Part shown: piece by piece, positions 1 to 12,597 of the stretch
How the letters are laid out: the number at the start of each line of letters is the position of its first letter
Position numbering within the stretch: the first letter of the stretch is position 1
Assembly (NCBI GenBank): GCA_965285935.1
Contig: OZ260663.1
Coordinates: 90,210,001 to 90,274,000, forward strand
Length of the DNA: 64,000 nucleotides
From: Ophelia neglecta
Taxonomy: Eukaryota
Direction: 5' to 3'
Notes under the pieces: model-generated
What the model was told of the DNA's origin: nothing
What the model saw: the letters and a program-made list of their open reading frames with translations, nothing else
Database searches by the model: none
Program-made: the position numbers and the translations under genes

Positions 1-2060
1 TGCACCCTGTATCCTGGAAAACAAAGCTAACATTTTTTTCTACGTACAAAAAAAGGCCTAAGAACCAAGCGTCAAATTGCGTATATATACAAGTTAATAT
101 TATTGTTTGGGTGGTCCCTTTAAAATCACCCGCTTATATGCACACACGTATCTATCTGCCACGCATGTAATATTGCCTTATACACTCTGAGATAGATCGA
201 TTTTTGAAATCTTCAACATACTTATACAATCATTGTGTATTGATGCAACCATTCCCTACGATAATAAGAAAATCACGTATGATTTACATACGTGCATCGC
301 TTGATTGTGTAACGTATCCTGGAACGAAACATCTTTGGCCAGATCCTGTAATTTTCTGCACGCCATTGATTGATGGCTAACTTGATGGCGTGTAGGGTCC
401 ATGTCGGCGGAAAAGGCGAAGGTGGCTTAGTAGATTATGGCAGCGTATGAAGACGAACAGCAGGGTCTTTCAGCAGCTAACACCACTATAACTCTCGACC
501 TATCTCACCGCTGGAGTGTCCGTGCGTCCAGATCTAAAAGTTATATACAATGCAGCATCAGCAAATTTTGTTAGTATGGTTCAAGAAATTATTTTACTTT
601 CCTGCAAATCCAATTGTATACATTATGTTCTGCTGAAGACATTTACCTTTCTATATCTATTTAGCTTGATCTGGATGGTTTTCTTGCCTCTTCCCTTATT
701 TCTTTGGCTTTCAATGTCACCTTCTAGAACGAAGTATTATTAAAACATTGAAACGTAAACTACAAACTATTGTCTCCAACAACTATTTAGCAAAGTAATA
801 ATTTTAAAGGAAAGTGCTACATTTGTAATGGACACTGTGCAGTATGCAAATTCTATGTGATTCTGACATTTCCGTGGCGCGTGATACATTTGGCCGGTCA
901 ATGGGCAGTATCATGCCAATCATTATTGTCAGCTTTGCAACTCGCATGTTGACTTTTTTGATGCTAAGAAATTACGAAGAAATAGGTCCTATCATTTTGC
1001 TGGATTTTTTCTTCGATGCCATTTAGCAGGTTCACGATTTCTTTTGGATGTATGGACCAAATCTACATCCCACCTAATGGCTTTAAATGCGATCTTTGCA
1101 AACAAATAATAAGTACATATTTCATTTACTGTTCATGGTTTGTTTGACCAAATTGTAAAACATAGCAGGAAACCAGTAGAAGACGCCTTACTGGCTCAGC
1201 ATATTAATAAAACGCTGTTTAAGGAACAGCCTTTCTACGTTAACATTAAAGTCGCGTTCGAATGAGAACGATGACAAGCGTCTCGTCGGGACATGAAGAT
1301 GCCTGAATCCCTGGGCGTACATCGCGTGCATGATGCTCAGCATCTTGCGCGGTGCACCAGTGTATACAGCCAGCACCCGGCGAAAGCCTCATTCAGGCCA
1401 CGGTTCTTATATTTTGTCTATTACCTTGCATTTTCTTTAAATATTTCCAGCGAGAAGAGAGACTACTTAATCTTATATTTGTTGACATATAAGCCGGTGT
1501 TTTGTCTGACTGTACATTCACGGTATTTTTCCACCGGCATCGTGTGTCTGTGCTGTTCTTGCTCGATGCAGTCATTCGATTTAACATTTTTATCGTTGTC
1601 AAATGTTCATGCTAGATGACAGTTGAATGTTTATAACATAAAGATCTATCTGTGCCGCCATTGGGGGAATCAAAGAATGAAGCTATTCAATTTTTTAACC
1701 GATAAAGCTACTAAATGAATTAACACATCGCCATTACGTAGTGCATGGCATGATACCTTGAGATATTGGGGCAAGACTGTACTTTATGATCACAGTAATG
1801 TGTACATGTACATACTATTTTATGTTACAAATAAATGCCCTGATCGGGACTAACAAAACAAGCATTAAAACCTGCCATCTCATTGATCAAGTGACAAGGC
1901 TTTCAAGACTGGGTGGTGCTCATGTTCAGTGATGGATGCACATACAAGTGTATTGTCCATATGACCTAGCAAGTTCTTTTCCAGGTACATTAGCTTTTAT
2001 GATGGCGTTATTTGAGAACATTGGTCTGTACTTATTTTATCTTAGGATTCGTATTCCATT

Positions 2061-4073
2061 CATAGAGACTGGTCTGGCTTGGCCTTGCATTGGATTCGAG
2101 TGTGCACAGCAATAAACTATACAGTTACGAATAACCGACATCTGTCAGCTATATTAAGCAGAAAAAGCTTAAAATTTATTCATAACTACTTTCAATACGA
2201 TTTTCATTTGAAGTTTAGTGTTTTATTAGAAATCACTGTTGATCTTGTCAAACTGTCAGTTCATTTACCATTGGCCCAGCGCATCTCTATACTATCTTAG
2301 GCACGATTGAAAGACCGAGGATAGAAGATAAATACAGTAGCTTACATGCTACTGGATTGTCGTCGGACTGATGCGAAAATGGTCTTAATAGCCTTTTAAT
2401 AGTTTTGAAGTAATCAACAAAATCTGATTAAAGTTGTTTAGATATGATTTGTCCATCTTTCGGCTTTTAAATGTGTGTGTCAAAATGGCCTAAATTATTA
2501 AAGGCTTCAGGATAAAAATAGCATGGGCCACTGGACTTGGTGTCAATATGGCCTATGTAACATATATCTAAAAGTCCAAAATGGCTTAAGTTGCATCTAC
2601 CATCACCTTCCAAATGGCTTTAGAACCATGATCTTTTTATTTGGGTAATACAGGCTTTAAAACTATAGATTTATGTTGGTGTTATTAGACGGGCGTTCAT
2701 AATTCTAAATAAAAACTTATGCGAAATGTCACTTGGGTCATTTCCACATAAGACAATTTTATTGTTTTAAAAGTGATGCCGTACAAAGGAAACACATATC
2801 TCACCTGTGATGGTCCACTGTCTATATTATTCAAACAGAAAGCTGATGACATGTATGAAGGCCAACGCAATAGCTAGGCCGAAAACATCCTACTCCGCAT
2901 ACGGCATTTGATGTTGTGAGACTTAATTTAGCCTGCGTATTCACCGTTGATGTATAAACGTTTATGGTTGCCGCAAGACTATATGAACACCTGAGGTTTC
3001 CACGCAGCTGGTCACGCTCGTTTGAGAAGGGGAGACTTCTGTTTTTATAGAGGGCTTTTACGATGATATGCACGTATATGACCTTGGAACATTATTAGAA
3101 ACATTACTAAGCGACCTACAAATGATACTTTATGGTCAAAATACCACAGCAATATCACATGATCTCATTCCTTGGATATATGATACCTTACTATTACTGA
3201 GCTTCCAACACACACAAAAAAACCTTTTTTTACTGCCAACAAGTTTGTCAAAGGCGCCTATGGTTTAAATGTAAGTAGTTATTAAAGGAGATTGATCTAC
3301 CGCGATTTGAATAGGCCATAGTTTCAAGTGCTCGATTTATGGAAACGGTTCTTTGTCTTCATCAGATTAAAACCATCAGATTAAAGTGCTTAACTGGTCT
3401 GAGCTTGCTAAGTGGTTTTTCTGGAGGTTGGATATTATCTTATAACTATAGTCATGTGGATCTTAATTTAACCTTTGTCAACGGGTTACTGGGACAACTT
3501 TTAGCTTTGTTCCGAGCTGGTCGGTAATATGCTATCAAAATTAAACCTAATACCCATTTTAAGACATTTTTAAGACACCGGACCCAGAGTATTGATAGCT
3601 GTCTGAAACACCCGCTAAGTGGATATAAGCCATAGGAACAAAATGATTGACCTAAGGGTGACAAATAGCTTCTGCTTCGTTCCATATGATAACGACATGT
3701 TAAACGCCACTATACGTTCATTAATAATCAAAAAACGATAGTGTAATGTTTATACACAAAAAGCGCTATCATAACAATATATAAAGCTTAACGAGGATGT
3801 CTCAATAATATTTATCATTCCGATTAACAAATTATATGGTATTATCTTGGAAACGACGAACCGTTTCACATTTTACTTGAACTGTTTAATTAGGATTAGG
3901 AGCACATCCTTCAGAGTGACATTTCCCTGCTACATATTATTCCTCAACCCGATATTTTTTTCAAGATGTTCAGTACAATGCAATCGTTCCTTTATGAAAA
4001 TTTTTGATATGTCATTCCTCATACACGATTCGTGACTGTTTTCAATATATTTCATTTTATGTACCATTTGATA
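2061..4073. repeat. ~2-kb dispersed repeat, copy 1 (same-orientation copy at ~51789-53670)
   Basis: Collinear, diverged blocks shared with 51789-53670, e.g. catagagactggtc, aataaactatacagttac, gatttgtccatcttt, ggagattgatctac, ggacccagagtattgatagctg, gagcacatccttcagagtgac. No long ORF. Confidence 0.85.
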
Positions 4074-4976
4074 GGCACTGTAACAATCGGTGAAGATAAA
4101 AACATCAAGCGTTTGGCTTGTTTGTATCATGTTCTTGCAGGTCCTTTCTGTTGTATTTCAAAGGCTTTTCAGGTATAGCAAGCGGGCGGACATCTTTATT
4201 GTGTTTATTATAGGTGGTATGAATGGTGATTGAACACTTGTGTCATGTTTATTTATCATTGCAGCATGCATGAACCCGTCTAAGGACATTCAATGATCGT
4301 AACAACAAAGCAAGCTTTTCAAAGTGTTCAATGGGCATGTCGCCCTCTGCAAACCCAAAAGTGGCTCTTTTGAGAGTGTTCAGTGGTTGTTTCGACGAAA
4401 AGGAGGAGTAACTTTGTGGGCTCAGGTATTAAGAGTCTTTGATATGCTGGTATGTTCGTATCTGACCGGATACCTAAACCTTTTCTTTCAGTTCCTCCGG
4501 TTTAAATCCATTAATTAATCAATATATTGAATGTTGTAAAAAGATATTATATACAAAAATTCAAATGTGGTTTGGGCTGGGGCTCGAATCCACAACCCTT
4601 GCGGTACCATCCAACTAGCCCACCGATACCGGCGACTCTATTTGTGGGATCCAGTCCCAGACAAGTCAACAACCATATTTGAAATTCCAAAAGCCCAAAA
4701 AACTTAAAATTATCGCTCGGTTTTACACTGTAGGTTTTAAAAGGCCTATATGGCCCAGCCTGTACGGAGAAAATATATCCTGCATCGATTTCAATAAATA
4801 TATATAAAAGAAATTATAAATTTATATCAAAGTAATACCAGAAGCAACAATTACCTTGTATGTGCCTCTATCTTGGTAGTTTTCAAGTAATTATATATGG
4901 ACTTATTTTCAAGATTAAACTAAGGTAAGAGAAATAATGCACACAACAAAAAAAGCATGGATAGCCATACAAAGTA

Positions 4977-7868
4977 TTGATATATCGAACATTCATTGAT
5001 CACATCGTGTGCTCCGACCTTCTTAACCATCAGATCTCGGCTGTCTGTGTAGTTGATGATGACCATCGTAATACATCGGACCATCTTCCAGTCGGGTGCT
5101 CCCTGTCCGTGCCGACCTTACAATCATTCTCCTGTGTTAAATCCCCTCGCCTGGGATGGAGAAAGATGGCCTTCGCTGATAAGCAACAGTACATGGCTTC
5201 CCTTGACCACTGTCTGCCCTGCTCAACTACAGCGCCATGCTCACCCGAGGAAGTTAACAGTCTTTATAAGCAGGTCGTATCAGCATTACGCGTTGCCTCA
5301 GAAGAAGCCGTTCCCAAATCCAAATTCAAACCATACTTGAGGCCAAATTGGCGCTCATCGGGTTTGAAGGAACTTCAAAATAACCAGTTTCTCCTCCGTT
5401 CTGTCTGGATACGGGAGGGCAGGCCCCGCGGGATGCAGCACACTTCCTACCGCAAATACAAGCAAGCCAAGCGCCAGTTTGCAAACAATCTGGCAAAACT
5501 AGAACGAGAAGCCGATGTATCATTCTACAGTGAGGTAGACAAAGAAGCCGGTGCAAACCACCCTCGACTCTACCGTCTCCTGCGAAGGAAACGCGAGAAA
5601 AAGTTAAATCTGGCACCCCCCTTAGACATAGGAGGGGCGACACTTACTACACAGAGCGACATCATTCACGCTTGGCACGATCACCTTTCATCTTTTTATT
5701 CTCCACTGGTAGACCCAAACTTCGACGAAGCCCACAGACTCGCCGTCAGCAGCACTGTCAGTCAGCTAGAGGCCTGTGGGGCTGGGACTGACACAATTCT
5801 CGCCAACCCCATTACCACAGGGGAGATTCAGAACATCTGCGGAGAATTAAAATCTGGTTCTTGCGGTGGGCCCGACGACATAACTTACGAACACATTACG
5901 TTCGCCAGTCCCAAACTTTATTCAACGCTCGCCGCCCTATATAACTCTATGTACCAAACCTCTCATTTCCCACCTGCCATGAAACACAGCCTCATCGTAA
6001 CAATACATAAGGGCAAAAAGAAACACAAGGACGACCGTAAAAATCACCGTTGTATCAGCCTGCTTCCCGTCCTGTCTAAAGTGCTGGAAAAGATAATCAT
6101 GAGTAGGTGGTTAAAGCACAACGCCCACAACGATATCGACTTTCCATTAGATAGTCAAAACGCTTACCAGAAAAACAGGTGTTGCCTGTTGACGTCTTTT
6201 GTACTGCAAGAAACAATCGCTTATGCACGTGAGAGAGGGACCAAGGCGTACGTCTGCCTTATGGATGCCTCGACCGCCTTCGACGCCGTCTGGCACGAGG
6301 GCCTCTTCCTCAAGCTTCACCAGTTGGGTATCAGAGGCAAGCTCTGGCAGCTACTCAGATGCTCTTACCGCGACATGACTGCCAGCGTGGTGGTGAACGG
6401 CAAGCGGTCAGACCCTATTCTCATCAAACAATCATGTCGTCAAGGGTCTGTCCTTGGGGCGATGTTCTACCTGGTCTATATACACCAACTTACCGTCGAA
6501 CTACGTCAGAGCGGCAGGGGCGCTACTGTAGGAAATATTTGTACCACCTCTGTTCAACAAGCAGACGACATTGCCATTACTGCATATTCTCCGAGGGCCC
6601 TGCAAGATTTAATCTGTGTATGTCAACAATACGCGAACAAGTGGCGGTACAAATATAAGGACACCAAAACTACTGTCATGATTTTCAACGAATCAAAGCG
6701 GGAGGCCGCCAAACTGAGACATCACCGGTCATGGACACTTAATGGCTGTCCATTAAAGATATCGGATGAAGAAACACACGTAGGCATTCTCCTCAACTCT
6801 TTTCATACCTATAGCGAACGCGCCAACATCACAGTTCGAAAACTCAAGCAAGGGACCATTTCACTTTGCGGATTGGGTGTTCATCCTCGGGGACTCTCCG
6901 TCCTAACCGCCAGAAAGTTGTACATCCACATGATTATCCCAAAGGCTCTCTTTGGATGCGAACTGTGGTGCGATCGAAACCAAGGTGCAAAATCCCAAAC
7001 TGAGATAGCCCACCGGTTTTGCTTAAAAACCATACAGGATCTCCCTACACGAACCAGGTCTGTGATCGTTCACAGCATGCTCCACATTCCCACCCTGTCC
7101 TCCCGCATCGCGGAAAAACAGCTAGTCTTCATGGGCCGCATTCTCCAACTTCCACCAACCCACCTGGCTCTCAGACTATTCCGTCTACGACTCGCTCACG
7201 CTCTTTACGCTGCAACTCCTCATCATGGATCCTTGCCGGGATTTGTGGACAACTTGCACCGTCTGGGCTTGCAGGATTACCTTGACGCTTTCCCTGGGTC
7301 ATCCGTGTGGCCGAATCAGCGCGCCTGGAAAAGTCTCGTCAAAGGAGCTTCCAAAGACGAATTCGATAACTGGATGCGCGAAAATGTTAGTGCTCATGAT
7401 GAGTTCCGTCATTACGGGCTAACATGTGATGACCCTACAGCAATACATACCATCTGGCGAACGGCTCCTCTATACCCACTCCTGAGGGAACGGTTCTCCG
7501 ACCTGGCAGTACTGGCAAGTCAAACGCTGTCCGTGCCCATCCCCTGCCAGTTCTGTGACTCACCTGCGTCGGATGATCCTGACATACTAACTCACTACAT
7601 ATGTGATTGTCCAGAATTCAGAGATTTGAGGGACCTGTATTGGGATGATGTTTTTAATACTCTGATCCCTGTCATGTCAGTGCATCTTTACAATTTACCT
7701 GACAGAGAGTTAGTTAATGTAATCTTAGGGAAAAGCATTGCCATAGACAGTAGTAACCTTGACTCTAACAACGCTGGTAGGCAAGACACCAGCCTTTTAG
7801 AAATGTCTGCCAAGTACTGGAGCAGACTCAGCACATGTGTTAAAAGACAATTATGGGTCCACTTGTAG
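4977..7868 (+). CDS. Non-LTR retrotransposon ORF2, 5'-truncated (end of AP endonuclease + reverse transcriptase + C-terminal CCHC knuckle)
   Basis: 963-aa open frame. APE tail IDHI...SDHLPV; RT motifs GPDDI, NHRCISLLPVLSKVLE, DASTAFDAVWHEGL, RQGSVLG, QADD; C-terminal CQFC...HYICDC. No real start codon (begins at TTG in flank). Confidence 0.95.
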   Translation: MIYRTFIDHIVCSDLLNHQISAVCVVDDDHRNTSDHLPVGCSLSVPTLQSFSCVKSPRLGWRKMAFADKQQYMASLDHCLPCSTTAPCSPEEVNSLYKQVVSALRVASEEAVPKSKFKPYLRPNWRSSGLKELQNNQFLLRSVWIREGRPRGMQHTSYRKYKQAKRQFANNLAKLEREADVSFYSEVDKEAGANHPRLYRLLRRKREKKLNLAPPLDIGGATLTTQSDIIHAWHDHLSSFYSPLVDPNFDEAHRLAVSSTVSQLEACGAGTDTILANPITTGEIQNICGELKSGSCGGPDDITYEHITFASPKLYSTLAALYNSMYQTSHFPPAMKHSLIVTIHKGKKKHKDDRKNHRCISLLPVLSKVLEKIIMSRWLKHNAHNDIDFPLDSQNAYQKNRCCLLTSFVLQETIAYARERGTKAYVCLMDASTAFDAVWHEGLFLKLHQLGIRGKLWQLLRCSYRDMTASVVVNGKRSDPILIKQSCRQGSVLGAMFYLVYIHQLTVELRQSGRGATVGNICTTSVQQADDIAITAYSPRALQDLICVCQQYANKWRYKYKDTKTTVMIFNESKREAAKLRHHRSWTLNGCPLKISDEETHVGILLNSFHTYSERANITVRKLKQGTISLCGLGVHPRGLSVLTARKLYIHMIIPKALFGCELWCDRNQGAKSQTEIAHRFCLKTIQDLPTRTRSVIVHSMLHIPTLSSRIAEKQLVFMGRILQLPPTHLALRLFRLRLAHALYAATPHHGSLPGFVDNLHRLGLQDYLDAFPGSSVWPNQRAWKSLVKGASKDEFDNWMRENVSAHDEFRHYGLTCDDPTAIHTIWRTAPLYPLLRERFSDLAVLASQTLSVPIPCQFCDSPASDDPDILTHYICDCPEFRDLRDLYWDDVFNTLIPVMSVHLYNLPDRELVNVILGKSIAIDSSNLDSNNAGRQDTSLLEMSAKYWSRLSTCVKRQLWVHL

Positions 7869-8015
7869 ATTAGTCGCAACTTATTTCTCTTCGGGCTTTC
7901 TTTTTCTATTCCAACTGGTAACTTTATATAGCTTCTTTTTTTTCCATGTAAAATAACCACGTTCATTTGTTAATGCTCCTCTGTACCTCGAGAGGGAAAT
8001 AAAGGTAATAATAAT
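4986..8015 (+). mobile_element. Young 5'-truncated LINE (APE-RT-CCHC type; RTE-X/CR1-L2-group-like, clade not resolved)
   Basis: Abrupt switch to GC-richer sequence at ~4986. Short 3' UTR after the stop at 7868, AATAAA at 7998 and a (TAA)n tail at ~8006-8015. Possible ATATAT target duplication at 4980-4985 / 8014-8019 (low complexity, weak). Confidence 0.9.
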
Positions 8016-10641
8016 ATATAGGCACTTAAAATGACTGTAGCAATGAGTATATCATGGACAGGAGTGAGTAAAGAATTTAAACAACTTTAAAAAAACATTT
8101 ATTGAACAATGGCATAAGAGAACATTTATGGCATCATTATATCACAAGATGCATTTATATCATAACTGGCTTTTCTTTATATTGCAATATGTCTCTTTTT
8201 TTTCGTTCGTAGCATAACCAACCATACTGCTGGTTATACCAAGGATGGTCAGTTATGCAATAGCAATGGACTAATTGGTTATAGATTTCTTCATAATAAA
8301 CCATATTAGGGTACAAAAACGAATAATAGAATGACTATATGTCTAATTACTGAGCACTTTACAGGCCTTGGTCCTCTTGCCATCTGACCCTTTGTGTATG
8401 TTATAAATTCCTTCATTTAATAGTGAGACTCGAGGATAACTTAACAAGCTGGCAATGCTGTGAATTACGCTATAGTCTTTCGTAACTCATGTGTCAAACC
8501 TGTGTTGATTCTTAAAAAAAACAGTAATGACCTGTTACAACATTTAAAAGATATCGATCAATCTTAATACCAGTCTGTTGCCTCCTGAGAATTCTCTATC
8601 TTGTAAACTACACTTCCGGAGTTGGATTAACTTTTGCAACTGAAAAAAACATCTTAACATGGGCTGCCGTTTAATATATGTAAGCAAAAGAGAATGCTTT
8701 CTTTTCACACACTGAATGTCGACGTTACAACATATGGAATGCACACCAATTGACGAGTTACTTTACTTCCTCAAAGGTAACCTTTTTGTCCTGGTGGGTA
8801 GTGAGATATTTGTCTAAACTATTGGTATTGCAACTGCGCTCCTATGGATGAAGATTTGTACTTATTCACTTGATAACTGTAGTTCGGCCTTGATTTATAT
8901 TTAGTTGAACATAACTTGGAAATTCTTTTCCTCATTTAGATAATACATAGATGCTTTATTTCGTTAAATAACACATCCTTCAGTCAATGTGTATATAATG
9001 ACTGTCAGTAGTGATCTCTTACGACAGACATATTTACTTTGCCTTTTAATGGGGGGAGTCATCCGTTTAAAAACACCTTGCATTAAAAAACGAATGAAGT
9101 AGATTTCAGGAAGAGGAAAATTGCTTATAGCATATAGCCTGGGAAATGAATCTCAAATATATTTGTATACTCATAGCCTAGTTATTGAAAAAACATATAA
9201 GCCCAACGTTAACCCGGATGAAATAGATAAAAAAAGAATAAATATATAATGCCTATTGTCTTTATTATTATAATTCGACTTTATTAGAGAGGTAACCACG
9301 TAGGTATTGGCCTGTACAATAAATATTTCAAGATGAGATGCAAAAGGACCAGTGATAGATCATAACCTATTCAGTATATGATGGGTTTTTAAAATTCAAA
9401 TGTACCTTTGGTCAATAGTCGAGTCCTAATGGAAGGAGAAGGGTAGGACAAACGTTTCACATTAAGAACTGGCCACTAGATATGTTGCAATGCTCATGAA
9501 GTCAGATGTTTAAGTAAAATTCGGTATTTCTATAATAGTATTGCTTTAATGGGCTGCGCACGCCACTATACCAGATTGGTGAAAACTCTATAATATAAAA
9601 CAAATAATCAACTTCAACTACAGCCGGCAAATTTTCTCGGCTTTATCAAAATAAGTATCTCATTGTCCATGCCTCTCACCCACCAGTGCAGACGTTTTGC
9701 ACTTCCACCCCAACCCATCCCACCCCCTGCCCTCCCTTCAAGACAAAGGGCATCAGTCATCCAAAATCATTAACACAGTTAATCCAATTCATAGCATGTG
9801 TTACTAGCACCGATAGCAAATCAATTGGAGTTAATATGGACTCGGTATTCACTAACGCAGCCTGTTTGCACATCAATAGACAATCGCTCAGACAATATTT
9901 GTTCCGACTACAGATGGGACAATAATTGCATCAATTACGAAATTGTCCATGGAAGGCTGTAGAAATAATCATTGAGAAGTTTTGCTGTTGTCGGGAGGAT
10001 CTCCGGCCTAATGTGGCTCACACGCGTCAGTGCAGAAAAACATCTAGGCAATATATTCATAATTGAGACTTGTGATGTTCAGTTTGCTATGACTGACATG
10101 GATATCGAAAAGTGAATTAATGAAACATAACTACGCTATGCCGTAATATCTGATGTGTGCTCCCAAAGCGACTTTTTAGGACAAACTGCCTTTGTGTGAT
10201 GTGTCATATTGTATGTAGAGGGCTTATCGCCACATGATAGCCGAGACTGCCATAGTTATCGCTGTTTATATTGAGTCTACACCAACCTTATTTGCGGTGA
10301 GTCCTATGTTCCATTATTTTTATTTGTGAGGAACAATATTATCAGATGACCTATAACCTTTGTCGTGGTAATTTCATATAGACTGGTAGCAGTCTTTTGA
10401 ATGCCACATTGGAGGGTAACCACACCAGGCGTTTCTGGATAGCATACCTCTACATTTAGATCAGATTATAGTTGAATCACAGGAAGTGTCGCTTTAATTT
10501 CTCGGATAATTTGTTATTTTCTAGGACTTGTTAGTGACTATAGAATTGTCCCAAGTCCAAGTTTTATTTGCCTGCATCGTCAAGACATTTAGATTTGAAT
10601 CACATATACCTTTTCATTGATTTCACCAAGGATCGAACACA

Positions 10642-12597
10642 ATGTATTTGGAAGGCGGTGTCAGTAAAACTATTTCACAGTACCGGAAGTGGTTTTACCC
10701 CAGGACGTGGATTCAGATGATGTTGATAGTGTCTCTCATGTCACGCTCTGGTGGATGGATGGCAACTGATCCCCACTCACACTTTCTTGGGTGTTTCAGG
10801 GATAAGTTGCCAGCATCTGCGATGTCTATTTCTAGGTAAGAATTACTCCAATTTGAATGAAGCTTCCCCCGAAGTAAATGGACGGTGTGGGTGGTAGTTG
10901 GGTTGTGCGTGGGTGTTTGTGTATGTAATTTTGCAGTATGAAGGAATATTCATGCGCGCGGCAAAATATGCATTATTCAGACAGCGGATGGTAATAAAGT
11001 AGTCCTCGTTATCTTTATATGCGTAGTACATATTTGTACTTGTTTTGCATTAACGGGGAGGGAAGGGGGCTAGTGAGTGCGTACATTATGTAGTAATGTT
11101 AGGCTAGAAACAAACGTTTTTTGACCAAAATGTATTCAAAATTTCTGTGGTATGATACACCCATTTAGCGTATGCATAATATTATTGAATATACCGCATA
11201 CCATTAACAACAGCATTTGGATATGTAAATCAATAAGTTTTATTATTTATTGCTGCCTAAAAACAAACATTTTATACAAATTGGTATCAAATATCAGGTA
11301 CCAATTCCAACGGTATCTTCAACCTGATGAATGCAATATTATCTGTTTTTAAAACAGAACTAGTTATTGGATAGTGAGTAAGATGACCTTTCTTTTCAAT
11401 TGGCGTGTATCCAAATAACCTATGGGCTGAAGTATTATTTGTTTTGTAATAGTCATAAATGCTTCTTGATAACACAGTATGTGTATTTATGTCTATATAC
11501 GCCTACATGTTGCCTACATGTGTTCTCTCAATGAATTCGATATGAATTGTCTTTCAAAACTAATTAATAAAATATTATTTTTCAGCTTTCCTAGCCGAAT
11601 TTTCAGCATTTCTCAGTGTCTGAGTTATTGTGTGTTACAAGAGCGTACATTCGCAGGACTTCAAAACGCCGGAATCTGTCACTGCAGCGACACCTATGGA
11701 GAATATGGTATATCGGCGTCATGCGTGAAACCATGCAATGCAGATAAGCAGTATGTCTGTGGTGGGGTGTTAGCAAGCAGTATATACTCCTCCTGCCCTA
11801 AAGGATCCTTTGGCAAGAACTGTGTGTTTCAGTGTCATTGCAAAAACAACGCTATCTGTGATCTTAAAACCGGAAGATGTCCGAACGGGTGCGCATCCGG
11901 CTGGGAAGGCAAACATTGTTATTTTTCTTCCAGCATGAATTTCAGAAACATTTTTTCTGGTAATAAAAAGGTTGCGTCAAAGGAAATGGCTTTCGCCCAC
12001 TCCATGGGAATTGAAATCGGTCTAGGTCCAGACGCCACTTCCGACAAAGCCCAGGGTAGAGAGATAGATCTAGGCCGAGGGTCCACTTCCGTAAACTCAA
12101 TGAGGAAAGATATACGCAGGGGCCCAGAAGTCACACCAAGTCAGCCCGAGTCAACCGAGATCGGTGTGAAGCAATCATCGGGAACGGTAAACGGCACGAC
12201 GGTGTCACTTCAACAAAACTTGTACGAATCTGCGCGAGCATCATCTGAGACTATTGTGGAGCCTGACGTCACTCTACAGCCGTCGATAAACACAAAAAAC
12301 ACGAATGCATCAGATCCAGCAAACGAAAACATATACAATCCCGGCATGACTTTCCAGGAGTGGAAAGATAAGAACTATGACCAGTCCGTGAGACCTCGGA
12401 TTATCGGCTTTTCCGCCTTGGCCGTAAATGTGGTTGCTATTATTTGTCTGTCACTTTTTGTCTGGGAAAGACATAGCAGGCGGCCTGTCGAAAAGTCAAC
12501 GAAACAAAACGGAAAAGTGTCCAAAACAGGGGATGTTTCGGGGCCGAAAGAAATGTACGTCATTCACAGGGCCATCTCGGAAAAAGCTGAAGTCTAG
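10642..12597 (+). CDS. WSC-domain, EGF-like, single-pass membrane protein (2 coding exons: 10642-10835, 11586-12597)
   Basis: Exon 1 ends ...FLGCFRD...SIS AG|gtaag; acceptor ttcag|C at 11586 is phase-compatible (phase 2). The joined protein gives a WSC pattern (FLGCFRD...CLSYC...FAGLQNAGICHCS...CVKPC...CGG...SIY), a MEGF-type EGF (CPKGSFGKNCVFQCHC...CDLKTGRCPNGCASGWEGKHC), an S/T-rich stalk and a TM helix (IIGFSALAVNVVAIICLSLFVW). Start codon uncertain. Confidence 0.85.

Noticed and set aside
1040-1660. GC-richer segment with scattered Cys-rich translations, possibly a transposase zinc-finger remnant
   Set aside because: No recognisable motif series, TIRs or TSD.
3930-4130. Minus-strand ORF containing IFTDCYSAY, reminiscent of RNase H or Merlin/ISXO2 DDE motifs
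   Set aside because: A single short motif; no other catalytic motifs in register, and the second copy of the repeat does not retain it.
4563-4680. Imperfect inverted repeat with a tRNA B-box-like word (ggctcgaatcc)
   Set aside because: No cloverleaf can be built; at most a SINE-like relic, not a tRNA gene.
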